Positions 18,176-28,786 are shown, counted from the stretch's first letter. The stretch is 64,000 bases of DNA from an uncultured Bdellovibrio sp. (GCA_963932905.1 CAWVRN010000010.1:32001-96000); one strand, 5' to 3'. Numbers and translations are program-made. The notes: a model not told the origin generated them from the letters alone.

Positions 18176-18718
18176 ATGCAATTGGTTCTTTTAGTAATAA
18201 CTTTATTTTTAACTTCGATTTCAAGTTTCGCTGTACAGACATTTTCGGGCTACATCGTGCAAAATGGCAATCAGAGATCCCTAAAATCTGGTAATCAGCA
18301 CTATGTTCTAGTAGCCGACAATAGCGATGTTAAAACTCAGTTACACAAACTAAGAAACAAAGACTTCATTTCTGGCATTGGTAACATGCTTGGCAGTAAA
18401 ATCGTTCGCTTGGAAACAATCGATTTTGTTGGTTTAAGTAACTTCTTAGGTTTATGGATGTCACCAATGGGCATATTCCAAGTCACTGATTTTAGTAGTC
18501 TAAGCTTATACAAATCGTCATCAGGTTCTGGCAAATCAGCACTTAATTATTCAATTACTCCGGCTGATGGCGCTTCTTGGGGCATGTTCTTGACAGACGC
18601 TAATCAAATTTACTTTTCAAATCTAACGATAACTGAATCCAAAGCGTCGATTCGATTCTTTGACACTCAGACTGGCGCTTTCCAGAGAGAAGTTGCACTA
18701 AGTAAAATTTCACGATGA
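18176..18718 (+). CDS. Secreted hypothetical protein (beta-rich)
   Basis: Signal peptide ..SSFA-VQ; GAGG SD before ATG 18176; ATGA overlap with the next gene. Confidence 0.6.
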   Translation: MQLVLLVITLFLTSISSFAVQTFSGYIVQNGNQRSLKSGNQHYVLVADNSDVKTQLHKLRNKDFISGIGNMLGSKIVRLETIDFVGLSNFLGLWMSPMGIFQVTDFSSLSLYKSSSGSGKSALNYSITPADGASWGMFLTDANQIYFSNLTITESKASIRFFDTQTGAFQREVALSKISR

Positions 18719-19665
18719 GCCTATTTGCTCTTCCCGATAAAAAATTATTTTTCTCTAAAAATGATCCTGGTGATTTGCGCTTAGGTGATGTTGTTGTTGC
18801 CGAAGCGAACCTCGAATCTGTCAATAACAAACTCGTTGTCGTTGGCTATCCTGACGATCGTGGTATTCAAGCCAATGGTGGCCGCCTTGGAGCGAAAGAT
18901 GGTCCGACAGGCATTCGCCAAATTCTGTATAAACTGGTAGCTCCGGCGGTCTTTCAAAACCAGATAACCGATATTGGTGATTTTTCTAAACCCAAAGATT
19001 TAGCTAATGATCAAACTTCAGTCCTTAGTGCCCTTGATGCGTTGAATGCTGGTAGTAACCGCATCCTATCACTTGGCGGCGGTCACGACTGGGCCTACTG
19101 CGATGTTAGTTCGTTTATCACTCGCGAACTGAAAAACAAACTGCGACCTTTGGTTATTAATATCGACGCTCATTTAGATGTTCGCTCGGATAAGAACGGC
19201 ATCAATTCAGGCACTCCATTTTTTAAAACCCTTGAGAAATTTCAGGATCAGTTTGACTTAATTCAAATCGGTATACAGCCTCACTGCAATTCTAAGAAAC
19301 ACCTTGAGTACGCAAAAAATAAATCCGTTGAAATCATCATGAAAGATGACGTGGAAAACAAAGGCATCAAAGCCGTGATGGATGCGATAGTAAGCAAACA
19401 CAAATCACAGCCGGTGTTTTTAAGCTTAGATATTGATGCGATCACGGCTAGCGAGGCTCCTGGTTGTTCACAATCTTGGCCCGGCGGTTTAACATTCAAT
19501 ACCGTAAAGTATATTTTGACTCAGCTAAATCGCTTTTCGGCTTGGAACCATTTAGGTATTTACGAAGTGGCGCCGCCGTTAGATGTTCAAAATATCACTC
19601 AAAAATCAGCGGCTCTCGCTGCTTATGAATTTATGATTCAAAGCGTGGGGTCACAAGGAGTTTAA
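18715..19665 (+). CDS. hutG: Formimidoylglutamase (arginase/ureohydrolase family)
   Basis: NGGRxGA..GP..IR, GGGHD, DAHLD, NSGTPF, SLDIDA..APG. Confidence 0.82.
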   Translation: MSLFALPDKKLFFSKNDPGDLRLGDVVVAEANLESVNNKLVVVGYPDDRGIQANGGRLGAKDGPTGIRQILYKLVAPAVFQNQITDIGDFSKPKDLANDQTSVLSALDALNAGSNRILSLGGGHDWAYCDVSSFITRELKNKLRPLVINIDAHLDVRSDKNGINSGTPFFKTLEKFQDQFDLIQIGIQPHCNSKKHLEYAKNKSVEIIMKDDVENKGIKAVMDAIVSKHKSQPVFLSLDIDAITASEAPGCSQSWPGGLTFNTVKYILTQLNRFSAWNHLGIYEVAPPLDVQNITQKSAALAAYEFMIQSVGSQGV

Positions 19666-19667
19666 TT

Positions 19668-20723
19668 TTGGAATCAAAGCCGGTACAATTTGAACCGAAA
19701 GGCTTCGGCAGTGATAATCACGCCAGCGTTCATCCCGCTGTTATCCAAAGTTTAATCAACGCCAATATTGACCATGCCCACAGTTACGGTCTAGATCCCC
19801 TGACAGAACGTGTAGAAAAAAAAATCTCTGAATTATTTGAAATTAACGCCAAATCATTTTTTGTATTCAACGGAACAGCTGCAAATATCTTGGCATTAAA
19901 GGCCTGCACCCGCAGTTACCAAACGGTTTTATGTTCCGATGTAGCTCATATTCATGTCGATGAATGCGCCGGACCTGAAATTCACGGTGGCTACAAACTT
20001 ATTCCAGTCAAATCAACCAACGGCAAAGTCACAGTTGAAGCCTTGAAGAACCAATTGATTCGCCGAGGTGATCAGCACTTCTCGCAAGTTAAAACTATAT
20101 CATTAACTCAACCAACCGAACTTGGAACCGTGTATTCCGTCGACGAACTGAAAGCAATTTGCGACTGGGCCAAGTCAGAAAATTTGTACGTGCACGTAGA
20201 TGGTTCTCGCTTTGCCAATGCCTGTGTCAGTCTGAATAAAACATTCGCTCAAATGACTACCACCGTTGGGGCCGATGTCGTATCACTGGGCGGGACTAAG
20301 AATGGTTTAATGGGGGCCGAAATCGTCGTGTTCTTGAACGCCGATCTAGCAACTGATTTCAAATACATCCGCAAACAACTCGGTCAACTGCCTTCAAAAT
20401 CACGCTATTTAGCTGCTCAATTTGATGCTTATTTGCAAAATGATCTATGGAAAGAAATCGCTACAAAAAGCCTAAAATCGGCGACGGTCTTCGAACGGGG
20501 CCTACGTCAATTGACAAAACTAAAACCAGAATACCCGATTCAAAGTAACGCGGCCTTTGTTAAGTTTCCAAAAGCTTGGATTAAAGAGCTTAAAAAAGAA
20601 AGATTCTTTTATGTGTGGGACGAAGCTACTTTTGTCTGCCGAATTATGTTTTCATGGGATACGACGGAAAATGAAATTCAATCATTTCTAAACAAAATCG
20701 TACAGCTAGAGAAAGGGAGTTAG
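19668..20723 (+). CDS. ltaE: Low-specificity L-threonine aldolase
   Basis: FGSDN, YGxD, GTAAN, DECA, TQPTELGT, DGSR, GGTKNG (PLP Lys). Confidence 0.88.
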   Translation: MESKPVQFEPKGFGSDNHASVHPAVIQSLINANIDHAHSYGLDPLTERVEKKISELFEINAKSFFVFNGTAANILALKACTRSYQTVLCSDVAHIHVDECAGPEIHGGYKLIPVKSTNGKVTVEALKNQLIRRGDQHFSQVKTISLTQPTELGTVYSVDELKAICDWAKSENLYVHVDGSRFANACVSLNKTFAQMTTTVGADVVSLGGTKNGLMGAEIVVFLNADLATDFKYIRKQLGQLPSKSRYLAAQFDAYLQNDLWKEIATKSLKSATVFERGLRQLTKLKPEYPIQSNAAFVKFPKAWIKELKKERFFYVWDEATFVCRIMFSWDTTENEIQSFLNKIVQLEKGS

Positions 20724-20726
20724 TCT

Positions 20727-21776
20727 ATGAAATATGAACCAGTTCACTATCACGATTACTTGGGACTTGATAAATTATTAAACAGTCAAAAACGACGTTC
20801 AGAAGAATTTGGAAAACCAGCACACGAAGAGTGGCTATTCATTTCCGTTCACCAAGTATATGAAGTTTGGTTTTTTCAAATATTAAAAGAAATTCAGTCT
20901 TTAGTTCCTTTGTTCAATCAACCTGTGATTCCAGAACGCGATATGGGAACTATCGATCATCGCATCAATCGTATTCTTACCATCTGCAAAAACTTAACAA
21001 GCCCATTAGATATATTAGAAACGATGACACCTCATGAGTTTCTAGATTTCCGCGATTACTTATATCCTGCCAGTGGTTTTCAAAGCGCACAGTTCCGCAT
21101 GATTGAAGTTTTATTGGGACTTAAAACAGAAAACAGACTCAAACTTACCGAAGCGCCATTTTATGATCACTTGAAAGAACCACTGCGCACGGAATTAATT
21201 GAGTTAATGAAAGGCAGCACACTGTTTGATGGCCTAGAGAATTGGTTAAGCCGGACACCATTCTTGAAAACAGCAAAGTTTGATTTTGGCGCTGAATACA
21301 AGACTGCACTGCAAAATGTTTACAAAGAAGATCTAGAGGTAATCAAAAGCAATCCTCGTTTAACGGAAGCGGACAAAGAACGCAGTTCAAAAAATATTCA
21401 AGCGTTCATGGATCAAATCGATATCGTATTCGACGAAGAAAAATACAACGCCCTGAAAGCTCAAGGTCAATTTCGTTTCAGCTTCAAAGCATTTCAGGCG
21501 GCATTGTTTATCTCGCTTTATCGAAATGAACCAATCCTGCAAGTTCCGTTTAGCATACTTAATTCATTGATGGATATCGATGAAGCTCTAACAACCTGGC
21601 GCTATCGCCATGCTTTGATGGCTCATCGAATGCTTGGACGAAAGATTGGGACCGGGGGATCTAGCGGTACTGATTATCTAAAAGATACCGCAGAAAAACA
21701 CAAGATCTACACAGATTTGTTTAATATGAGTTCGTTCCTAATTCCGCGTAGTAAGCTACCTCCCTGTATAATCTAA
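20727..21776 (+). CDS. kynA: Tryptophan 2,3-dioxygenase (long form)
   Basis: YxDYLxLDKLLNSQ, HEExLFIxxHQxYE, FRDYLxPASGFQS, WRYRH..M..RMLG.K.GTGGSSG. Confidence 0.93.
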   Translation: MKYEPVHYHDYLGLDKLLNSQKRRSEEFGKPAHEEWLFISVHQVYEVWFFQILKEIQSLVPLFNQPVIPERDMGTIDHRINRILTICKNLTSPLDILETMTPHEFLDFRDYLYPASGFQSAQFRMIEVLLGLKTENRLKLTEAPFYDHLKEPLRTELIELMKGSTLFDGLENWLSRTPFLKTAKFDFGAEYKTALQNVYKEDLEVIKSNPRLTEADKERSSKNIQAFMDQIDIVFDEEKYNALKAQGQFRFSFKAFQAALFISLYRNEPILQVPFSILNSLMDIDEALTTWRYRHALMAHRMLGRKIGTGGSSGTDYLKDTAEKHKIYTDLFNMSSFLIPRSKLPPCII

Positions 21777-21853
21777 ACAACTATTACTTTGGTCAAGTTA
21801 GTTAAAAAAACTAAGTCGTTGAGCTAACTTGACTCTATTTCTATCCGCATTTG

Positions 21854-21861
21854 GCCGATAG
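21854..21861 (+). promoter_or_regulatory. sigma28-like -10 element 6 nt before the AsmA-like start
   Basis: GCCGATAG followed by AATACC-ATG; no SD; -35 element weak. Confidence 0.4.
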
Positions 21862-21867
21862 AATACC

Positions 21868-24840
21868 ATGCTTAAGCGCATTCTCATTCTGTTTTTTACA
21901 ATTGTAGTTGGTTTTGGTAGCGCCGTTTATTATCTAGGCCCTGCCTATTTAAAGCGAAAAATAAATTTATTCGCCTATGCGTCTATGCGCCTTGAAGCTA
22001 ATTACGATCAGATAAAAGTTGAATCGTTCAATCCGTTAAAAATAAATGTTTCAAATATCACTATTAAAAAAAATAAAGATTTCTATTTTTCTATCAAGAA
22101 ATTAAATTTTGATTTGAATTTAAAAGACATCTTAATGAACTGGGGTAACAAATCCATAAAATTCCAACTCTTTGCTGATGAATTCAATGCTTCTTATAAG
22201 GATGTTCCGATTCCAGGAACTGAAAAGCCAACGGAAATGCCTAAAAATGTAAGCGGTGAAGCTGCGGCTAACATGCGTGATTACCTAAAAACTAGTTACG
22301 GCATCAATGCCCTAGACCTGCTGATTAAGATTGGTAAATTTGACTACCAAATTAAAACTGGCTCTGGTGCCTATCGCTTGTATGGTAACAACACGACGCT
22401 CAAGGTTTCCAGCCTAGAAACACCAATCGAATTTACATTGAATTCGTATCTCTATAGTGATGCCAATTTAGGCCCCTTAAGTAAAACCTATGTGCCGATA
22501 AATATTCACTCTCAAGTTACGATCAAAGATGCCACTGCCAATATTTTGAAAAGTGAATTCCAAATCGCCGGTATTAGAAATACATTTGCAGGTTTGGTGA
22601 GTTTGAAAAATATGGACTTTGATACGACTTTAAAAACTCACATTCCAAAAATTGAGACACTTGATTTTTTAAAAACGTACAAAGATAAATTTCCGGTGAG
22701 TGACGCACGCGGAGCAGTGAATTTAGACATGGTCCTTCGCGGAAACATAAACAACATCTTGGCAACTCAAATAAAAGGAATATTAAATTTAACATCGGTC
22801 GAAGCATTTCTAAAATACAAAACCCCAGATGCCACCGCTCATGGCCCAGTCAACTTAACTATGTCGACGTCATTTGTACTGACTAATTTAGTTCCGTCAA
22901 TTTCAACCGCATCATGGAAATTAAAACTAGACGATTGCACGCTGGCGTATAAAGATATGTTTTTAAAAGAAGCTGGCATTACATTGTCTTCTGAAGGCAC
23001 TATATCCTATATTACGAACTTGAATATCGATCGTTTCAAACTTCAGTTCCACAGCTTGGATATTTCCGCTAAGGGTTTCGCTAGCTATGATCGTTCGTCC
23101 GACATCTCGTTTAATATTAAGCCATTTAAACTGCAAGATTTTAAAAAATTCCTGCCTAACAATAGAGATCACGATATTTCTGGTGATGTGGAAGTTGACG
23201 CCCAGATAAAAGGATTTTTAACTCAACCAAAAAATTTGTCTGCTAATATTAAAAAACTTCAAGCCAGCAATATAAAATACTTTCTTAAGTATAAAAACGA
23301 TCAAGTTTCGCTAGAAGGGCCGGTTTCGCTAAATTTATTTGGCGTTCTATCATTAGAAAGCGCGCAAGTTTTAAAAGGTTCAATTACGGGCAATAGTGAT
23401 TTAACCGGATTGGTTGTAACGCAAGATAAACAGATACGGAAAACCAATACAGATATGTTTAAAATTAACTGGTCCATTCAAGCGCAAAATGGACGCTTAA
23501 ACATTGAAAAGTTAAGCGTGAACACGTTCTTATCATCATTTGTACTGAGTGGCCGACCGCCCATGGGACTAGATGACAACTTTGATTTGAAATTAAATTT
23601 AGAAAATTTAAATTGGAAGAAAGCCAAAACCTATCTACCACCAAATGAATGGTTAAATACCGTTGCGGATATGACGAACAAAGGGACTCTTCAAATTCAA
23701 GGCAAGTTAGATCCATTTGAAATTCAGCACTCTAAATGGTCGTTAAATACTGAACTAGAAACGAATATCACAGGCTTGGCTATGCCATTCAATTTCCACT
23801 TATCAAACACCCCGGCACCAGGTAATTCAGCACCCGAGGCTCCACTGACTACCGCGCCCGCATTTATTAAAAATAAAACTCTTTTAAAAACAGTTCGTTG
23901 GAATCACAAAGTAAATATCCAGAAAGTCACATTCAAAGATTCTACTGCCCAGTTTCAAAATATCTCTTTAAACGCCAACTTAAATGATAGCAAACTAACT
24001 ATGGCAGGAGAGATCGGTCACATCTTCAATGGTAAAATGGCATTCTCTGATGTGATAGTTCCGCTGGTTGAACCGGATCCAAAAATTAACTTTAAAATGA
24101 CGTCCTCGAACCTTTCCTTTTCGCCTTTAGTGGAATTCGTTCTACCCCAGTATAAAGAATTAATCACAGGCGTAAGCAGTTTTAACGTGGACGGGAAAAC
24201 TAAAATACCAGGAACGCTTAATTTTAAAAAAGACCTTGTGGCAAAAGGAAATTTCGTTATCCCCGTCTCTGAACTTCAGACTTTGAAAATCATCAACGAA
24301 GTTAAACAGCAATTCTCGGCCATCAAAGATTTTGGCGTACCATCGATGGTTCCAGTTAAAAATTTAGGTGCTGCGACTAAGTCCGAATTTGAAATCAAGA
24401 ATTTGGCATTACAATTAAACAAATTCAACGCCACTATCCCTGGCGGTGACGAACTAAATTTAGATGGCCTAGTTAAGTTTGATTTAGACAGTAAAATAAA
24501 TGCCGTTTTAAAACTAGTTAATCTGCCCGTTCATGGTGACTTCATGTTAGCCAATAAAAGCCAATCTGGTGGTCTTGAAATTCCAATAACGATCGAAGGC
24601 AACCTAATGAAGCCAAAGTGGAGCTTTGCAGGAAACACGATCCAGAAAATGACACAAAACTTTATCGAGTATCAAAAAAATAAAGTAAGACAACAGGTCG
24701 ACAGGAAAGTCGCCGAGGTCAAAGACCAAGCACAAGCCGAAGTGGAAAAGAAAAAGAAAGAAGCTGAACTGGAAATCGAAAAAAAGAAAAAAGAACTAGA
24801 AAATGAAGCCATGAAAAAGCTGAATGGTCTATTCAAATAA
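21868..24840 (+). CDS. AsmA-like (bridge-like lipid transfer) protein
   Basis: N-terminal TM anchor, long beta-rich body, C-terminal IPITIEGNLMKPK motif followed by a charged coiled coil. Confidence 0.7.
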   Translation: MLKRILILFFTIVVGFGSAVYYLGPAYLKRKINLFAYASMRLEANYDQIKVESFNPLKINVSNITIKKNKDFYFSIKKLNFDLNLKDILMNWGNKSIKFQLFADEFNASYKDVPIPGTEKPTEMPKNVSGEAAANMRDYLKTSYGINALDLLIKIGKFDYQIKTGSGAYRLYGNNTTLKVSSLETPIEFTLNSYLYSDANLGPLSKTYVPINIHSQVTIKDATANILKSEFQIAGIRNTFAGLVSLKNMDFDTTLKTHIPKIETLDFLKTYKDKFPVSDARGAVNLDMVLRGNINNILATQIKGILNLTSVEAFLKYKTPDATAHGPVNLTMSTSFVLTNLVPSISTASWKLKLDDCTLAYKDMFLKEAGITLSSEGTISYITNLNIDRFKLQFHSLDISAKGFASYDRSSDISFNIKPFKLQDFKKFLPNNRDHDISGDVEVDAQIKGFLTQPKNLSANIKKLQASNIKYFLKYKNDQVSLEGPVSLNLFGVLSLESAQVLKGSITGNSDLTGLVVTQDKQIRKTNTDMFKINWSIQAQNGRLNIEKLSVNTFLSSFVLSGRPPMGLDDNFDLKLNLENLNWKKAKTYLPPNEWLNTVADMTNKGTLQIQGKLDPFEIQHSKWSLNTELETNITGLAMPFNFHLSNTPAPGNSAPEAPLTTAPAFIKNKTLLKTVRWNHKVNIQKVTFKDSTAQFQNISLNANLNDSKLTMAGEIGHIFNGKMAFSDVIVPLVEPDPKINFKMTSSNLSFSPLVEFVLPQYKELITGVSSFNVDGKTKIPGTLNFKKDLVAKGNFVIPVSELQTLKIINEVKQQFSAIKDFGVPSMVPVKNLGAATKSEFEIKNLALQLNKFNATIPGGDELNLDGLVKFDLDSKINAVLKLVNLPVHGDFMLANKSQSGGLEIPITIEGNLMKPKWSFAGNTIQKMTQNFIEYQKNKVRQQVDRKVAEVKDQAQAEVEKKKKEAELEIEKKKKELENEAMKKLNGLFK

Positions 24841-24852
24841 GGCTACTTCATT

Positions 24853-25224
24853 CTACTTTGTTAAAGAATTTTTCAATTTAGTATCTTGCATCCGCATGTA
24901 TTTTTCACCCCACTGAGCCATTTGTTCAAGAATATCTACCAAGGATTGCCCTTGCTTAGACAGTTGATATTCGACACGAGGTGGAATTTCTGGATAAGCT
25001 TTACGAGTAATCAATTGATCTTCTTCGAGTTCGCGCAATTGCATCGTCAATACTCGTTCTGTTACGCCTACAACAAGACGTTTCAGTTCTCCAAAACGTT
25101 TTTTCTCTTTTAACAAATGAAAAAGAATTGTTGGCTTCCACTTTCCACCAATCAATGCGACTGTCACATCAACAGAGCATTGGTATTTTCCTTGTTTTGC
25201 CTTTTTAGCCAAGCTTATCTCCAT
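24853..25224 (-). CDS. HxlR-family winged-helix transcription regulator
   Basis: CSV..IGGKWK, RFGEL, LTxQLRELE, PEIPPRVEYxL. Confidence 0.9.
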   Translation of the reverse strand: MEISLAKKAKQGKYQCSVDVTVALIGGKWKPTILFHLLKEKKRFGELKRLVVGVTERVLTMQLRELEEDQLITRKAYPEIPPRVEYQLSKQGQSLVDILEQMAQWGEKYMRMQDTKLKNSLTK

Positions 25225-25300
25225 TTCGAAGCGGAATTAAATTAAACAATGCAACACGAATATTCTATCGCCAAAAGTTCCACCAAAGCAATTTATTCCA

Positions 25301-25343
25301 TTACTATCCTTTTTAATACCACCGGTTAAATTTGTGCGTACTT
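25301..25343. promoter_or_regulatory. Candidate HxlR operator in the divergent intergenic region
   Basis: TTACTATC...GTGCGTACTT lies between hxlR and its divergent neighbour and resembles sites commonly seen there. Confidence 0.35.
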
Positions 25344-25387
25344 TTTTTATACCAACCTAGAGGTATTCTAATTTTCAAGGAGATATT

Positions 25388-25861
25388 ATGAATCAAAATC
25401 AAATGTACACAGCAACCCCAGCTATTTTGCGAAGCAGTTTTATGGCTCTAATGATTATGTTAGTTAACTGTTCTGCCTTGGCGAAGACGAATACAATGAA
25501 ACCAGAGGAAATCAATGCTCGCTTTGCTCAAGCCTTTAACTCCGGAAAAATGGAAAACATTTTGGCTCTTTACGAAAAAAATGCCGTAGTTCATTCTTCT
25601 GCTACTCAAGCGGATCAAGGACATCAAAAAATTGCGGCCGGACTAAAACCTCTTCTGGCTTTAGGAGGACAAATGCAAGCCACGAATGTTTTTGTATCGC
25701 AATCAGGCGGCATAGCTCTTTTACGAGCGGACTGGAAATTAACCGGTGCGAAAAAAGAAGATGGTTCACCGTTAGAGCTTGGTGGAACAAGTATTGAGGT
25801 CGTGCGCCAACAACCAAACGGCACGTGGCTGTATGTGATCGACCAACCTTTTGGAAAATAG
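25388..25861 (+). CDS. SnoaL/NTF2-like (YybH/DUF4440) protein with signal peptide
   Basis: F.QAFNSG....LALYE..A and EV.RQQPNGTW..VIDQP. Confidence 0.8.
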   Translation: MNQNQMYTATPAILRSSFMALMIMLVNCSALAKTNTMKPEEINARFAQAFNSGKMENILALYEKNAVVHSSATQADQGHQKIAAGLKPLLALGGQMQATNVFVSQSGGIALLRADWKLTGAKKEDGSPLELGGTSIEVVRQQPNGTWLYVIDQPFGK

Positions 25862-25868
25862 TTTTCTT

Positions 25869-25944
25869 AGCGCCTCGATAATATTCGAGGCGCTTGTCTA
25901 GACAACCTAAATAAAATCTTTAGGTTGTTAAACTCATCTAGACA
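25869..25944. terminator. Tandem hairpins between convergent genes
   Basis: AGCGCCTCGA/TCGAGGCGCT (25869-25894), then TGTCTAGA..ACAACCTAAA/TTTAGGTTGT..TCTAGACA. Confidence 0.55.
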
Positions 25945-25974
25945 GAGCTGTGTCGACCAAAATCAAATCTAAGT

Positions 25975-26868
25975 CTATTCAAATAAGGCGATCAATTCAA
26001 AATCAAACTTAGGTTTAACGTTGTCGGGCCATAAACTGAGAACGTAACCGCCGCCCCCACTACCCGTTGGCTTAACAGCCAAAGCGCCATGCTCTTTTAG
26101 AAAATTAATATGCTTATCAACGGCACCTTCAGTTAAACCCCATTCTTTAAAGCACTCGTAGCCTTGATTTAAAATCGGAGCTAACTCAGAGGAATCTTTA
26201 ATCGTGTTAGGGTTTGAAAATAATTTGATCGCATCCAAGGTTACCTGAATCATTTTATCATCCACACGTTTTCCTTTTTCGGGATCTGCTTTGATGAGTT
26301 CATTCACTTTAGTAACACAATCTTTAGTAATACCTTTTTGTCCCGTATGACTTAGGTACAAATTAAATGTGTTCCTAACTGATAGAGTTTCGATAATATT
26401 CGGACGTTTAAAAATCAAAGGTTTAGCATGTAAAACAACAGCAATATCCACACCGCTACTTTCACCATGAAAGATATTTTCAAGCTGTCTTGCAAATTCA
26501 TAGATGTCGCTTTCCGCAACTAATCCCAAATAATGCAACCAGCGACTAAAAGCAACGCATAGGCTAGAACTTGTACCTATACCCGAACCCAACGGCAATT
26601 CGTTCCTAAATACAACTGTGCCGGTAAGTTTATTATTTTTTCGATTTAGTAGTTCAAGTGCTTTAGCAAGAACTCCAGGAAAAAGTTCTACAATGTCTGA
26701 TGCATTTTCACCGGATGCGGTGACCGACAAAGGCGCTGACGAGGCCGTATATTCTAATTCTAATTTTTTAGTAAACAAGGGGAATACCAAAGCCGGCCCC
26801 CCACGTAGAACTGTATGTTCACCTGAAAAAATGGATTTTCCAAATGTCGTCGTTTTAAAACTAGACAC
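25975..26868 (-). CDS. mvk: Mevalonate kinase (GHMP kinase)
   Basis: GKxxFSGEH, LPLGSGIGTSS, ENIFHGxSSGVD, KPTGSGGGG; in mevalonate operon. Confidence 0.85.
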   Translation of the reverse strand: MSSFKTTTFGKSIFSGEHTVLRGGPALVFPLFTKKLELEYTASSAPLSVTASGENASDIVELFPGVLAKALELLNRKNNKLTGTVVFRNELPLGSGIGTSSSLCVAFSRWLHYLGLVAESDIYEFARQLENIFHGESSGVDIAVVLHAKPLIFKRPNIIETLSVRNTFNLYLSHTGQKGITKDCVTKVNELIKADPEKGKRVDDKMIQVTLDAIKLFSNPNTIKDSSELAPILNQGYECFKEWGLTEGAVDKHINFLKEHGALAVKPTGSGGGGYVLSLWPDNVKPKFDFELIALFE

Positions 26869-27868
26869 GCACAGCTCCGGCGAAGTCCCACGAATTTATA
26901 AACTGACCCTTGGGAAATGCAGTCGCCAATCGTTCCAGATCGTTTCTATTTTCAGGCAAGGTCATCAAATGAATGTTATTACCCGCATCCATCGTAATTA
27001 ACATTTTGTTTTTCAACTCAGTATTAATCGCCAGTAGTCGTTTTAACGTCAACATTGTGTCTTCGTTACGATAGCTAAAACTAGGAATGCTGGTTTCAAA
27101 TAACTGATGCATTTCTTCGAATTCATCGATCGCAAGATCACAAAATGCGGTCCAATCCTGACGTGAATTGGCCAGTTGAATTTTCTCTAGGCGTTCCTTT
27201 ACACTCACCAAACGTTTAGGGAACAAAGGACTTGTCGTCACACGCACATGGGCATCAGAAGAAGACACATCTTTTTTCCCCGAATCAAGCAACATCACTG
27301 TGTGATTTAGATTTGAAAACTTACCAGCCCAAGCTTGGGCGCCATCTGTTTCCCAAATAGCCCACGGTGAAAAGAAACTACGGCATGAAGAGCCCGAGCC
27401 CAAACGTGATATCTTAGACAGGGTTTCAAGATGTGTGTTACCGCCCGGCTTAATTTTCTCTAGTTCCGTTGCCGCCGCCATCGTCAGCGCTGCAAAACTA
27501 GAACTCGAACTAGCGATCCCACAATCTGAAGGAAAGTTATTTGCAGATTTAACTAAAAAACTTTGTGATACACCCCATATGTCTTTGATACGCGCCAAAT
27601 GATTTAAAAATTTAGTTTTTCCTTTTTCACTTAGCTCAATTGATAGCAAGCCTTCACCGACTAACGGTTGCCATTGATCACGTACACCTGAAACAGGTTC
27701 TAACGTAACAAACGATCGTAGATGTTCTAACGTATAAGATATAGACGCGTTCGTTGGTAAGTTCTGCTGAGCGCTGATCTTACCCATGTATTTGATAATA
27801 GCAATATTCGAAGGCGCTGAATAAACGTGTGGTTTTAACATAACTGCACTCTGACTTCCTGTTCCCAA
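26861..27868 (-). CDS. mvaD: Diphosphomevalonate decarboxylase
   Basis: APSNIAIIKYMGK, LPxNxSIS, NNFP..GIASSSS, SRxGSGSSCRS, TMDAGxN. Confidence 0.92.
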   Translation of the reverse strand: MGTGSQSAVMLKPHVYSAPSNIAIIKYMGKISAQQNLPTNASISYTLEHLRSFVTLEPVSGVRDQWQPLVGEGLLSIELSEKGKTKFLNHLARIKDIWGVSQSFLVKSANNFPSDCGIASSSSSFAALTMAAATELEKIKPGGNTHLETLSKISRLGSGSSCRSFFSPWAIWETDGAQAWAGKFSNLNHTVMLLDSGKKDVSSSDAHVRVTTSPLFPKRLVSVKERLEKIQLANSRQDWTAFCDLAIDEFEEMHQLFETSIPSFSYRNEDTMLTLKRLLAINTELKNKMLITMDAGNNIHLMTLPENRNDLERLATAFPKGQFINSWDFAGAVRV

Positions 27869-28770
27869 AGATCTTGACGATCGTAGGCTTCATTTAGGCC
27901 AAGCTCATTCAAAATCGACTTAACTCGTTCCCCGTGTCCCTGCTTAAACGCCAAAAATAAAATATCGGCACCCAAAGCGCCGCAACCTTTAGCAAATACG
28001 ATCTCTGAAAACCGATTTAATTTACTGAGTAATTCTTGAGTGTGAGGATGAACCAAGTCCAATGATTTTAAGCTATCATTCCAACCGTTCAATCCCTCTA
28101 TAAATCCATCGCTGTCTTTAGCATGCAAAGACACCATCATTTTGTCTGATAACTGCGACAAGCCTTTTAAAGAATCAGTATTTAGCTTTCCCAAATGTAC
28201 ATGAGTCGCAACCTTGAACCCCGTCGGTACAATATAGAATTCAAGCTCCGAGAACGGCCAAACCATACGTTGGTGATTAAACTGAACATCACCGTTCGTT
28301 GTGATTCGTTTAACTGTGCAGACAGCACCAATCAGCTGTGCCCACAAATCATAACCACTTGGCAATTGTGCCGGCAGCAAATCAGGATTTAATTGTCTAT
28401 TCACGTCCTGATAGTCTTGCCAGATCGATTTATAAAATGAACTTTGAGAAAAAGTTGTATCAGCAGCCTCAGTTTGGCGTTTAAAAAAAGACAAACCAAT
28501 AAACTGAGCCGTGCTGGCACCGAATCCACCGCGCCCATCATAGTGATCTTTAAAGGTTACTTTCCAAGACGAATAGAAGTCTTTGTTGTTTTGATAATAC
28601 ATTCCCGCTGGCGATTCAGGATGGAACGGACAAATTTGTTTTTCTGTCGAAGCTTCAAATTCCATATCAAAACCGGGCTTAGTCGTGATCAAGAATGCAG
28701 AACCGCCAACAAGAGCGGCGTACTCTCCGAAACAAAATGTTTTTCCTGGAATTTGAAGGTGGTATTTCAA
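27835..28770 (-). CDS. GHMP kinase, probable phosphomevalonate kinase
   Basis: PGKTF..GEY, GGFGASTA, PSGYD, KGCGALGAD; located between the HMG-CoA reductase and mvaD. Confidence 0.7.
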   Translation of the reverse strand: MKYHLQIPGKTFCFGEYAALVGGSAFLITTKPGFDMEFEASTEKQICPFHPESPAGMYYQNNKDFYSSWKVTFKDHYDGRGGFGASTAQFIGLSFFKRQTEAADTTFSQSSFYKSIWQDYQDVNRQLNPDLLPAQLPSGYDLWAQLIGAVCTVKRITTNGDVQFNHQRMVWPFSELEFYIVPTGFKVATHVHLGKLNTDSLKGLSQLSDKMMVSLHAKDSDGFIEGLNGWNDSLKSLDLVHPHTQELLSKLNRFSEIVFAKGCGALGADILFLAFKQGHGERVKSILNELGLNEAYDRQDLWEQEVRVQLC

Positions 28771-28786
28771 ATCATCCTACTAACAG

